Origin: Oculatellaceae cyanobacterium bins.114
GTDB taxonomy: Bacteria > Cyanobacteriota > Cyanobacteriia > Elainellales > Elainellaceae
Assembly: GCA_033764315.1 (NCBI GenBank)
Contig: JANRJA010000137.1
Location: forward strand, 1-64,000
Direction: 5' to 3'
Length of the DNA: 64,000 nucleotides
The notes beneath the pieces were generated by a model. It did no database searches and had not been told where the DNA came from. It was given only the letters and a program-made list of their open reading frames with translations. The position numbers and the translations under genes are program-made. Of this stretch, positions 20,890-30,393 are shown piece after piece; position 1 is the stretch's first letter, and each line of letters opens with the position of its first letter.

Positions 20890-21303
20890 ATGACTTCTAT
20901 TAACCCAGATCTAGCCCTGATAAACACACTCCGGGATGCAGTGGATGACCTGTATTACATGAGTGAAAGCGATCGCCCATTTGAGGTGTGGTCGTGGTCA
21001 GGGCAATCTGTCCCGCTCAATTCTGATAGTTTGCTGCAAGGGTTGGGTAAACCGCACGACAGCCAGGTTGAGGAGCGATCGCTTGACACCTTTTTTGAGC
21101 GGTTGATGCGAGAGCAAGACTGGCAGAGCGACCAAGAACGGGCGATCGCCCAACGGTTTCGTAGATTATTTGATCTCATCGCTCAAAACCTGACAAACAC
21201 TAACGTTTACCGCATTGGAGACATCGAAATCGATATCTATATTGTGGGTCAAACTGAGTTAGGAGATTGGATTGTCTTACACACGCAAGCGGTGGAGACA
21301 TGA
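20890..21303 (+). CDS. nuiA: Nuclease A inhibitor
   Basis: LYYMSESDRPFEV, VYRIGDIEIDIYIVG, C-terminal VET; convergent with nucA. Confidence 0.9.
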   Translation: MTSINPDLALINTLRDAVDDLYYMSESDRPFEVWSWSGQSVPLNSDSLLQGLGKPHDSQVEERSLDTFFERLMREQDWQSDQERAIAQRFRRLFDLIAQNLTNTNVYRIGDIEIDIYIVGQTELGDWIVLHTQAVET

Positions 21304-21334
21304 ATTATAGAGACATGAATTTAAAGTGAGGCGA

Positions 21335-22222
21335 TTACCCCGCGTCAATTTTAGACTCGATCAGATCGGCTATGGGTTTGGGAACACGAGAGAGCAAGTC
21401 AGTGCCTGTTAACTCCTCAACTGCATCAATAGAGGTTCTAAAATCTCGCCAATCTTGAGCTTTAATGCCTTGACGATTGGGTACTACGATAGCGATCGTT
21501 CGAGTTAGAGTCGTCACACCTGCTAACCCTAGACCGGGGCGATCGAGCACTACGACTACTTTCCAGGTGCTTGCCGGAACTGCAATCCGTTCAGCAATGG
21601 TTGTTTGTCTACCCCGTTCGCCAATTCCACCAGAGCCAGTCCCTCCCGCTACGATATAGAGTTCTTTACCCTGTTTGACTAAGTCTCGACAATAACTCTC
21701 TAGCTTTTCCCAAGGCCCCCGGTTGTTGTCGGGTGCTTGCGGTAGGATGTTGGTCATCAAAAAGGCGGCTTGACGATCGGCCTCAGTGCGATCGCGATCG
21801 GCAGCGGGAACCATATGTCCCCGATCAAAACCACTCCCTGTATAGTCATCGGGTGTAACCCGATACCAACCGTCAGGCAGTGTTGTATCTGTCTCAAAAG
21901 GAATGCGGTCTAGTTCCCCTAGCCAATTCTGGTTAAGTTGCCAACTGACCCAGTTAGGTTCGCCCTTGTCACGGTTATAAGAGAGAGCGTATTGAGGTCT
22001 AACGATCAAAAAGTTATTGGGATTATTGACACTAGTTGTTGCCTCAGTGGGGTTGCCTAACAGCAGATGAGGACTGTTGATCGTTTCGTCAGGAGACGAC
22101 GGGAGAAAGCGCAATACGGCAAAGCCGATGACAATCACCGCGATCGCCATCCACGAAAAGGAGTATCGTCGTGTTTTATGTCGAGGTCGAGAAGGTCGTC
22201 GCGATCGAGTACGCTTTGGCAT
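21335..22222 (-). CDS. nucA: DNA/RNA non-specific endonuclease
   Basis: LLLGNP, PNWVSWQL, DRGH active-site motif, FLMTNILPQAPDNNRGPW. Confidence 0.92.
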   Translation of the reverse strand: MPKRTRSRRPSRPRHKTRRYSFSWMAIAVIVIGFAVLRFLPSSPDETINSPHLLLGNPTEATTSVNNPNNFLIVRPQYALSYNRDKGEPNWVSWQLNQNWLGELDRIPFETDTTLPDGWYRVTPDDYTGSGFDRGHMVPAADRDRTEADRQAAFLMTNILPQAPDNNRGPWEKLESYCRDLVKQGKELYIVAGGTGSGGIGERGRQTTIAERIAVPASTWKVVVVLDRPGLGLAGVTTLTRTIAIVVPNRQGIKAQDWRDFRTSIDAVEELTGTDLLSRVPKPIADLIESKIDAG

Positions 22223-22378
22223 GGTGAACGATGCTCCCCAGTTTTACAAGCCCTGTGTTGATTTAGCTTGCCCTGATTATAGAAGCAAGGAAATGGGGTG
22301 TGGACTAGATGGGTAGGAGAGGGGATGGGTGGGCGAAACCGAATGACCCGTCTAATCCTGTACGGGGCTATTCCGCCG

Positions 22379-23599
22379 CTACCTCATCTCTGGCATCCGA
22401 AAACCTTTGGGCATTGTCGTCTGAAGATCTATCCCTTTACTTTGCAGCAACACTCCAAAATTGCCTAAGCCCATCGGGTTCATCAACGAGTGGAGGGCTT
22501 CCCGACGAAGGAGAATGTCATTCACCGATTGATTTTCTGTCATGGCAGGGTCAGACAAAGCAGTGAGGCGATCGCCTAACCCCAGTGCCATTAAAAATAG
22601 CCCTTGTTGTGTGAACCCAACTGTTTTTAGCCCAGAGCGATCGCCCTGACGCTCTAGCGCGGTGAAATCAACGTGAGCTGTAATGTCTTGTTGCCCTACA
22701 TGGATATAGGGGTTTGAGTGATGAGTGTGTTGGTAATAACATTGCAACGTCCCGTGCGATCGCCCAGGGCTGTAATAGCGTGTTGCAGGATAGCCATAAT
22801 CAATGGTTAGCACAAAACCTCGTTGCAACCGATCGGCAACTGCTTGCATCCAATCGAGAGCCGCTAAATTCACTTCCGTGCGATATCCCTCGACATTGGC
22901 ATAGGACAATAATGGAACACCAACATAGTCAAAATACGCCGCCAGTTTTGGAGTTGATAAATCCCCTACAACTTCCACAAAGTGGATGGGTGATTCATTG
23001 TGAGCATGGGTTGTAACGTAAATCTCATGGAGTTTTCCGGCTTGCACCACGACCTGATGAACCGGAAATGCATCAACCAGTTCGTTGGAGAAACAACAAC
23101 CCACAATCGAGTTCAGTGAAATTTCATCAAACGTACACCACTTCAAATTTCCATAAGCCTGAACCAGCTTGTGAAATCGCTGTTGTTGTTCGGCAACCAG
23201 GACAGGCGACTTTTCAATAATGATGTAGGCGATCGCATCAAAGCACTCAAAGTGATGTCGATGTAGATAACGCAATATATCTCTCACTAACAAACCTTGA
23301 CCTGCCCCCATTTCAAGCAACGTAAAGGGATGGGGGCGATCGAGCAATTGCCAGAGATCAACCAATTGCTCTGCTAACAGTTCGCCAAAGTCAACTCCCA
23401 GGTGGGGCGAGGTAAAGAAATCTCCTTCACCCCCAATATTGACCTGATTTGAAGCGTAATACCCATACTGAGGATGGTACAACGCTAAATCCATAAATTT
23501 GGCAAAGGTAATGCGCTGTTGAGGGTGTTGAGCGATGTGCTCGGCAATCACGTTGCAGAGAAGAGGATGACTCTGATCAAGTTCTGAGCGGTGTACCAC
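22379..23599 (-). CDS. SAM-dependent methyltransferase, MidA/NDUFAF7 family
   Basis: FMDLALYHPQYGYY, GDFFTSP, EMGAGQG, SNELVDAFPV, IDYG, QDITAHVDF. Confidence 0.9.
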   Translation of the reverse strand: MVHRSELDQSHPLLCNVIAEHIAQHPQQRITFAKFMDLALYHPQYGYYASNQVNIGGEGDFFTSPHLGVDFGELLAEQLVDLWQLLDRPHPFTLLEMGAGQGLLVRDILRYLHRHHFECFDAIAYIIIEKSPVLVAEQQQRFHKLVQAYGNLKWCTFDEISLNSIVGCCFSNELVDAFPVHQVVVQAGKLHEIYVTTHAHNESPIHFVEVVGDLSTPKLAAYFDYVGVPLLSYANVEGYRTEVNLAALDWMQAVADRLQRGFVLTIDYGYPATRYYSPGRSHGTLQCYYQHTHHSNPYIHVGQQDITAHVDFTALERQGDRSGLKTVGFTQQGLFLMALGLGDRLTALSDPAMTENQSVNDILLRREALHSLMNPMGLGNFGVLLQSKGIDLQTTMPKGFRMPEMR

Positions 23600-23801
23600 A
23601 ATCTCTCAATAGCTCAAGGGCTAGGTCTGGTTTAGCTGCAACCTTAAATAGCTGCCATTCTATTATCCAGGTATTATCCAGGGCATTGAGTGGAAATGTG
23701 CTCAATCTGGCTTTGACAACGCTGCTTGAAACGACAAATGCGATCGCCTTTAGAAACCAAAAGAGATTTCAGGCGATCGCACTCTATCTGCATGAGGTAA
23801 A

Positions 23802-23847
23802 CCACAGAGACACAGCAAGCTAGGTGTTTATCTGTGTGTCTCTGTGG
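23802..23847. repeat. Inverted repeat/hairpin
   Basis: CCACAGAGACACA pairs with TGTGTCTCTGTGG. Confidence 0.6.
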
Positions 23848-23959
23848 CGTTTGCGCGGAGACGAAATAACTGAGGGCATAGCCTTGGCATCAGCAGAGAT
23901 GCCGTAAAGGGCTGATGTAGAACGGTTAGAGCCGTTTCAAAAGCAGTTTTAATCGGGTG

Positions 23960-24202
23960 TTACCTTGACACAGCAGGTATAGTTGTGGCAGAAGTTACCT
24001 TAGTCGATGTTAGACCCTCAGTCACAGTGCTGACTGGGGCATCAAACGCGATTAAAAACTGGGTTGTTGATCGCATCTGCTTAACAATTTTGAGGTAGGA
24101 CTCTGCCTCAGTGCGGCGGCGAAAGCGAGCAACAACTCGACGGTTCAGATTGGGTAATAGCTGATGGATTACCCAGGGGCTGAGCTGGTCTTGATAGGTC
24201 AT
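23960..24202 (-). CDS. Small cyanobacterial hypothetical protein
   Basis: MTYQDQLSPW...VARFRRRTEAESYL pattern resembles a recurrent small cyanobacterial family. Confidence 0.65.
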   Translation of the reverse strand: MTYQDQLSPWVIHQLLPNLNRRVVARFRRRTEAESYLKIVKQMRSTTQFLIAFDAPVSTVTEGLTSTKVTSATTIPAVSR

Positions 24203-24515
24203 GGTTCTAGTGTGAGGGCTAAACAACAGTGGCAACGAAACAAGTTAGTGGCAACGAAACAAGTTGGGGCAGGTTGTAGATGCAAATGTAGTGCTAAATA
24301 TGCATCTCTAGATGTTCTGTACGCTATCTGTAGGATAAGCATAGCAGCTTATACACTATAGGTAGTGGTCAGTTACTAAACTGCAAAACTCTATACAAAA
24401 CTCAATGTTTCTAGTTGGCTACCCGCTCTGGCACTGACATCTCTGGAATGTCCTGATCCCACCTATTAAGAGCTGTATCAACAATCAAGGTTCTTGTTTA
24501 TCTGCAATCCTGCAA

Positions 24516-24539
24516 TATCTGTAGTCTTTACTACAGATA
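24516..24539. promoter_or_regulatory. Palindromic operator containing a perfect NtcA-type box
   Basis: TATCTGTAG-tcttta-CTACAGATA, containing TGTA-N8-TACA at 24520-24535. Confidence 0.5.
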
Positions 24540-24901
24540 GCCGATCAAACTAGCTTGAGATTTTAACCCAACAAACTGGGCATTCTAAATGACAAAGTCA
24601 GTGTTTAATGATTGCCTTAATGGTATGTTAAGAGACGGCAAAACCTGGCATTAATACTAGAACAACTGGCGATCGCCCACTTATAGTGGCACTTAAGTTT
24701 GATGGTCCATGCGGTCTTACCGCTGTGACTCTAAATACCCATGTTTTACACGTGCGATTTGGTAGTCAATCCCGCATCCACCAACCCCATATCCTGCACC
24801 AATGCTTGAACTGTTCAATAATTCATTGTTTTCTGCAATAAAAAATTGGCTGTTTGATCTTCTAATCGTCTGTTGATCTTAATGTCTGTTGAATTTCCCT
24901 C

Positions 24902-26377
24902 ATGCTAGAGTTCTTGACAATATTTCCCCTGGCTCAAGTTGTGACAGCGGCTCCGCCTTCAGCGACGATGCCGCACTTCTCGGAAGTCTTACAACCCAAT
25001 GAGGTTCGTCCTCTGCCTGGGCAATTAGATGCAATTCCAGTATTCAACAGCAATAGCCCTGAGCTGGTGCAATCAGAGGGGATTCTGCTTTCAACCTTTC
25101 CGCCAGATGGCATGGCAACCCCCGCTGCCCACCTCAATTTTCCGTTTCAAGGGCGGTTTGACTTGTTTGCTCACCACGTTGCACGGGGAGTAAACGTTGA
25201 TGATGTGCGAACCCTATATGTAGGGGTCATCATTTTTAATCCCAACGATCGCCCCGTTCGGTTAGATATCTTGCAATCAGCAACTTATCTCAGCCAGGAA
25301 GCACCTTTTAACGATTTACCCTCCTATGTGGCTAACCCATTGGGAACGGTCTATGCTGGCCCTGGTAGTCGCACAACCAATGATGTCTTGCGAGGGCAGC
25401 GACAACCGGCTTGGCCCTCAGAGTTTGTCATTCCACCACGCAGCCCTTATCTCTTTATCAATGCACCCATTCCACTTCGCAGCATGGATGCTCTGCGAAA
25501 CGGCATTCCTTTGCCCCAATTTTTAACGTCTAGCACCTCAGGCAGTTCTTCTCCGGGTTCGCTGAGCAGCTTGCCCCCTCGACGCACAACGTTAGCGACG
25601 AACGGGCGCACCCTTTTGTCTTATCTGTGGAGTAGTGACCCTGTTTATGTGGCGAGTTTAGCCATGTATGCTCCGCTCAACCCTAACGGCAGTGAACGTG
25701 CTCCGTTGATGTCGGAATGGGTAGACTTGCTGTTGCGAGGACGATTGGCGGGACCTCGCGATATTCCACCAACCCCTCCCGATCGCAATTATGTCTCTCG
25801 TTTTTTCTATGGTCGGGTTGCAGGAGTAGCCCAAGGTTCGCAGTGGACAGCCCAGTTAACTGACACCCCTAGTTCTAGTTATCTCAGCGTTCCACAGTCA
25901 GGTCAGGGAGTCTCTTATGTGTTGAGCACGGTTGATAATGGCACCTTTGGCACTGGGCAAATTCAAAGTGCTCCAATGCTGGCGCGTTATTCTGACACGG
26001 CTTATCGGGCTCATGGAAATTATGGCGTACATTACAACCTGACACTGCCGCTACAAAACAATACCGATCGCACACAAACTGTTGCTGTTCTACTGCAAAC
26101 TCCGTTGAAGGAGGAAGGGACGGTAGGGGCTTTGAGATTTTTGGAACCCCCCGATCGCCAAGTTTTCTTTCGCGGAACTGTCCGAATTCGCTATAACGAT
26201 GATTTTGGGGTCACTGAGACACGTTATCTCCATGTTGTGCAACGTCGAGGTCAAGAAGGTGAACCCTTGATTCGACTGCGGATGCCTAGAGGCGATCGCC
26301 GCTTAGTACAGGTCGATTTTATCTATCCACCGGATTCAACTCCCCCACAAGTTTTGACGGTGCGGTCTATTGATTAG
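24902..26377 (+). CDS. DUF3370 family protein
   Basis: VRPLPGQLDAIPVFNSNSPE, GRFDLFAHH, YGRVAGV, AHGNYGV, YPPDSTPPQVLTV. Confidence 0.85.
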   Translation: MLEFLTIFPLAQVVTAAPPSATMPHFSEVLQPNEVRPLPGQLDAIPVFNSNSPELVQSEGILLSTFPPDGMATPAAHLNFPFQGRFDLFAHHVARGVNVDDVRTLYVGVIIFNPNDRPVRLDILQSATYLSQEAPFNDLPSYVANPLGTVYAGPGSRTTNDVLRGQRQPAWPSEFVIPPRSPYLFINAPIPLRSMDALRNGIPLPQFLTSSTSGSSSPGSLSSLPPRRTTLATNGRTLLSYLWSSDPVYVASLAMYAPLNPNGSERAPLMSEWVDLLLRGRLAGPRDIPPTPPDRNYVSRFFYGRVAGVAQGSQWTAQLTDTPSSSYLSVPQSGQGVSYVLSTVDNGTFGTGQIQSAPMLARYSDTAYRAHGNYGVHYNLTLPLQNNTDRTQTVAVLLQTPLKEEGTVGALRFLEPPDRQVFFRGTVRIRYNDDFGVTETRYLHVVQRRGQEGEPLIRLRMPRGDRRLVQVDFIYPPDSTPPQVLTVRSID

Positions 26378-26413
26378 ACCTATCAGTGACGTGCCAGAAC
26401 CGTGCTCAATCGT

Positions 26414-26474
26414 CATCAACATTCACCATCAACATTCACCATCAACATTCGCCATCAACATTCGCCACAAACAT
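26414..26474. repeat. 13-bp tandem repeat x4 plus a partial copy
   Basis: CATCAACATTC(A/G)C repeated four times. Confidence 0.9.
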
Positions 26475-26594
26475 AAAGTGGAGGAGTTGATCAAAAAGGG
26501 TTCTGGATAGATATCCGTTTGATCGACTAGCGTTGGCTTGCTATAGAGCCGCCACAATAGAATAATGGTGAGCTTGTTTAACCATCTAAACTGC

Positions 26595-27164
26595 ATGACG
26601 GCTTCCATACCTGATAAGTCCTCTCTCCCTCCGTCTGATGTTGAGATTCGAGACATGGGCATTGATGATATTGCCCCTGTATATCATCTAGGCGAAGAAT
26701 TATTTACGAGCGATTTATATCCCTATCTATATCGCACCTGGGATGAATGGGAAGTGATTGGGTTGTACAACACTGACCCAGAATATTGCCTGGTAGCTGA
26801 GATTGAGGAGCAGTTGGCAGGTTTTGTGTTGGGCACTATTATCAGCAAAGCATCGTGGGTCTACGGCTACATTATCTGGCTTGGAGTTAGCCCCCAGTTT
26901 CAGCGTCGGGGTGTAGCTGACAAGTTAGTAGACAAGATTGTAGAACGCATGATTGAGGAAGGGGTTCGGTTTATGTTGGTTGATACTGATCCAGCCAACA
27001 TTCCAGCCGTCAAATTTTTTACACGTAAAGGATTTGGTAACGCTCGCCGCCATGTTTATCTATCGATGAATCTCAACAAACACGAATACTATGGCAAGTT
27101 AATTGCCTATGAACGCGACAAAGCCGATCGGATTCGACACAAACGTCCTCGGCGGCGTCCCTGA
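26595..27164 (+). CDS. GNAT family N-acetyltransferase
   Basis: LGVSPQFQRRGVADKL acetyl-CoA motif; NIPAVKFFTRKGF. Confidence 0.88.
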   Translation: MTASIPDKSSLPPSDVEIRDMGIDDIAPVYHLGEELFTSDLYPYLYRTWDEWEVIGLYNTDPEYCLVAEIEEQLAGFVLGTIISKASWVYGYIIWLGVSPQFQRRGVADKLVDKIVERMIEEGVRFMLVDTDPANIPAVKFFTRKGFGNARRHVYLSMNLNKHEYYGKLIAYERDKADRIRHKRPRRRP

Positions 27165-27492
27165 TTCTTCATGCGGCTTGGGCTGGGAGTGCGATCGCAA
27201 TTCCAGGTTTTGATCCGTTTTCGGATGCGTCATAACCCATTCATACCCAAGCCGATTTTAGAGCGGGAGAGGAATTTGAATTCGGTTCCCCTTTGCCCTT
27301 TTAAGGAAAAGTGGGTGGGGATGAAAGCAAGACTTGGCAAAAGTGTCCAAAATGTTGATCACCGGCAAGACGCTTAAAATAGCTGTACTGCTATTTATCA
27401 ACTCGTGTGGGTTCGTTATTTTTCCTTAATCAGAGCATCTTTTGTCGCAAGACACAGGTGCTTGTTGTTGAACAGCCAGGGTTGAAACCTTC

Positions 27493-28137
27493 ATGCAGCG
27501 ATCGCTGACCAATTATCACATCAAGTTAATAGCCGCTGTCACAATGCTGATCGATCACGTTGGAGCAGTTTTCTTTCCTGAAACTTACCTGTTTCGGGCG
27601 ATCGGGCGGATTAGCTTTCCACTATTTGCATGGCTACTGGTAGAAGGTGAGGCACACACTCGCAATGTTTGGTCATATGCGTTGAGATTGCTGATTCTAG
27701 CGTTGCTTTCTCAAGCACTCTACATGGTGACCTTTCAAGTCCAAGATTTAAATATTTTCTTTTTGCTGCTGATTGGATTGGGATGTTTACGCTTTTCTAG
27801 AGAATTTCCCCAATACCAATTCATTCCCTGGTTGTGTGGAGGCGCGCTAGCACAAGCTATTCAAGCCAACTATGAGGTGTATGGCATTGTTGTCATTGGA
27901 TTGATTTGGCAATATCGTCCTCATTCACTCTGGTGGTTGTGTTGGGTGCTGTTGCATTTGATGCTTTTAGTAGCAGAACCCAGTTATGGAACCTTTCAAT
28001 TTCCGGCGATGTTAACGCCGTTTCTGTTTCAGTTCACGAATCATGAACTGGGAGCAAAAGCCCGTTGGTTTTACCTGTTTTATCCCCTCCATTTGGCTGC
28101 TCTATATGGCATACGACTGGCTGGAGCAACGGGGTAA
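27493..28137 (+). CDS. TraX family membrane protein
   Basis: KLIAAVTMLIDHVG, IGRISFPLFAWLLVEG, FYLFYPLHL. Confidence 0.85.
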   Translation: MQRSLTNYHIKLIAAVTMLIDHVGAVFFPETYLFRAIGRISFPLFAWLLVEGEAHTRNVWSYALRLLILALLSQALYMVTFQVQDLNIFFLLLIGLGCLRFSREFPQYQFIPWLCGGALAQAIQANYEVYGIVVIGLIWQYRPHSLWWLCWVLLHLMLLVAEPSYGTFQFPAMLTPFLFQFTNHELGAKARWFYLFYPLHLAALYGIRLAGATG

Positions 28138-28173
28138 AGACGGAAGAATGAACGTCAGTTCGGTTTGAGCAGC

Positions 28174-28290
28174 CCAGCGAATCAATTCGCGGCTACCAGA
28201 GCGAAGTCCGCCTTCGCGGACTGGCAAAATCAAAGGTTTACTGAACCGATGCAGGTTGGCTTTGCTTGTATAGCAGCGGTTTCAACCGCC
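28174..28290 (+). repeat. Family A REP-like core, diverged copy
   Basis: GCGAATCAATTCGC, AGTCCGCCTTCGCGGACT and GCGGTTTCAACCGC in the same order as the 20669 element. Confidence 0.75.
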
Positions 28291-28333
28291 AAAATCCTGA
28301 TCCCAAACTCAGGTGATTTAGACCTAACGCTTG

Positions 28334-28675
28334 CTACGTCTTTGTTTTTCGGGTTTTCTTGATTTGGGGGGGTGAGTCGTCTAGTAACACCGAAATTACA
28401 TCTTTGATTTTGCGATTGAGAAAGGCTTTTTTCTCGGCGATCGCAGTTGCATTTAAAGCCGCCACAATTGAGTTTTTGGTAGACGAACGGGTCGATTTAA
28501 CCAGAGGATTCACTGAGGCTGAGGCACGAGAGCTACGTTTAGAAGTGGCTGTAATTGAGGTCGCTGGAGTTGGCTGAGGTTTTGGAGGAAGCTGTTGTAA
28601 GACAAGCATTGCTCTCTCAACGGCAACTTTAGGAATGGTAGCTTTGGGCGATCGTCGCTTAGGAGATGTGATCAT
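28334..28675 (-). CDS. Hypothetical basic, low-complexity protein
   Basis: 113-aa ORF downstream of the pentapeptide gene on the same strand. Confidence 0.5.
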   Translation of the reverse strand: MITSPKRRSPKATIPKVAVERAMLVLQQLPPKPQPTPATSITATSKRSSRASASVNPLVKSTRSSTKNSIVAALNATAIAEKKAFLNRKIKDVISVLLDDSPPQIKKTRKTKT

Positions 28676-28757
28676 GCGTAAGATCTCTGCCTCAAAGAAG
28701 AAAGTTTTTAGACAGGGCGCAATTGAGATGTTTCAGTTTAACCCAATTGATCGAAAC

Positions 28758-29669
28758 CTAGCGGTAAACCACACCATCTGGCATGATTGCACCGCGCAAA
28801 TTTGCAAAATTAAATGTTACTTCACCTAAATCTGTGGGTTGTAAATCAGCCTGATGCAAATTAGCTCGGCTCAAGTTAGCCCCGTTGAAATCGACATCTC
28901 TCAAATTTGCACCTTGCAAGTTGGCTCGATTGAGATTAGCCCCCCTCAACCCTGCTCGACTCAAGTTTGCCCCACTCAAGTTTGCCCCACTCAAATTTGC
29001 CCATCTTAAGTCGGCCCTTGTCAGATTAGCTCCGCTTAAATTAGCCTCTAACGCATGAGCAGCACTGAGATGAACTTGGCTTAAATTAGCATGGCTTAAA
29101 TTGGTGCGATAAAGATAAGCCCCAATTAGCTCAGCTTCATGCAGATTGGTGTTACTCAAATTGGCTTGACAGAGATTGGCTTGACGCAAATCAGCTCCAC
29201 TCAAACTAGCTCTTTCAAGTTTTGCATCGCTCAAATTAGCCTCTCGCAACTTAGCATTGGTTAGACTGGTGCCTCTAAGATTAGTGGCTCTTAGATCAGC
29301 CCCTCTCAGATTGACTCTGCGTAAATCTGCACCAATTAAATTGGCTTCTTGCAGATCAACTCCTTGTAAATTAGCGTCAACCAGCTGGGCTAATGTCAGA
29401 TCTACTTGACTGAGATTGGCATCTGTCAGATGAGTATTGTGCAAAATGGCATTGCTGAGGTTTGCACGACTGATGTCAGCCGCTATTAGGCTGGTGTGGC
29501 TTAAGTCAGTGGCTTGCAGGTTAACGCCGCTCAGATCAATCCCTTCTAGGTTTAAGTGGCGCAAATCAGCACCACTCAAATCAACCTCTAACCCTATTTG
29601 GTTAACTCGCCACTCTTGCCAAGCCGTTATTCCTTTCTTTAATCGTGCAAGATGTTCGAGATTTGCCAT
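28758..29669 (-). CDS. Pentapeptide repeat protein
   Basis: Many A(D/N)LxX repeats, C-terminal GAIMPDG; RBS AAGGAG before ATG 29669. Confidence 0.92.
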   Translation of the reverse strand: MANLEHLARLKKGITAWQEWRVNQIGLEVDLSGADLRHLNLEGIDLSGVNLQATDLSHTSLIAADISRANLSNAILHNTHLTDANLSQVDLTLAQLVDANLQGVDLQEANLIGADLRRVNLRGADLRATNLRGTSLTNAKLREANLSDAKLERASLSGADLRQANLCQANLSNTNLHEAELIGAYLYRTNLSHANLSQVHLSAAHALEANLSGANLTRADLRWANLSGANLSGANLSRAGLRGANLNRANLQGANLRDVDFNGANLSRANLHQADLQPTDLGEVTFNFANLRGAIMPDGVVYR

Positions 29670-29673
29670 CTCC

Positions 29674-30315
29674 TTACTCCTTGCGTCCACCTGCCGGGTT
29701 TTCCCGCCCTGCAGTGTTTTCGATCGCCGCCAGGGCAGCTTGCGACCCCGCCAGGATGTCTCGCTCTTCACCCCCTAAATACAAGCGGCCAAAGCTCCCG
29801 ACTGACGAGATTTGCAGAATGTTGATTAAAGCTGCTTTTTCCGCTTCATTGGCGGCTAAAGAGGCATAGGCGGCTGGTTCGACTTCCAATACATAAAGCG
29901 TTTGCCCTGCCATAATCATTTGACCTCGACGATTACGGTTAATCAATTGAGTATGGTGGGGGTCAATATTGCGAATGATTTGACTGGAAATGACACGGGG
30001 TTTGAGGCAGTCCCGTTGACGTACGCCCAGCGCATCTAGAATGGCACGTCCAGCCGCTTGGGTTTCTCCTTGATTGCTAGAGTGCACCTCTAACAAGCCA
30101 TACAACCGCTCAATAAAAAGCACACCTGGACGAACCACCGCAGATTTGAGAGCGATGTCCATCAAGCGATTAATTTCGATGCCAGGAGAGATTTCAACCC
30201 AGAGGGATGCGTCTCCTGGTAAAGGCAGAAACCCCAGTGCTACGGTGCCCATGTAGGCAGCATGTTGGGGTTGCAGGCGATCGATATAAACGTAGCTGCG
30301 AAGATCAATTCCCAA
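29674..30315 (-). CDS. ccmP: Carboxysome shell protein CcmP (BMC-T)
   Basis: [54 protein letters not shown] start. Confidence 0.92.
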   Translation of the reverse strand: MGIDLRSYVYIDRLQPQHAAYMGTVALGFLPLPGDASLWVEISPGIEINRLMDIALKSAVVRPGVLFIERLYGLLEVHSSNQGETQAAGRAILDALGVRQRDCLKPRVISSQIIRNIDPHHTQLINRNRRGQMIMAGQTLYVLEVEPAAYASLAANEAEKAALINILQISSVGSFGRLYLGGEERDILAGSQAALAAIENTAGRENPAGGRKE

Positions 30316-30393
30316 AGTGTTAAGTTTGTTTATCCTGCAAGGCAAGCCTAGTATACGGTTTAGCGTGAACCGTTGGATACTCACTACGATAGG

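Noticed and set aside
24700..24783. tRNA-like look (GACTCTAAAT loop, ends in CCACCA)
   Set aside because: Anticodon stem does not pair, no TTC T-loop, and no matching acceptor stem
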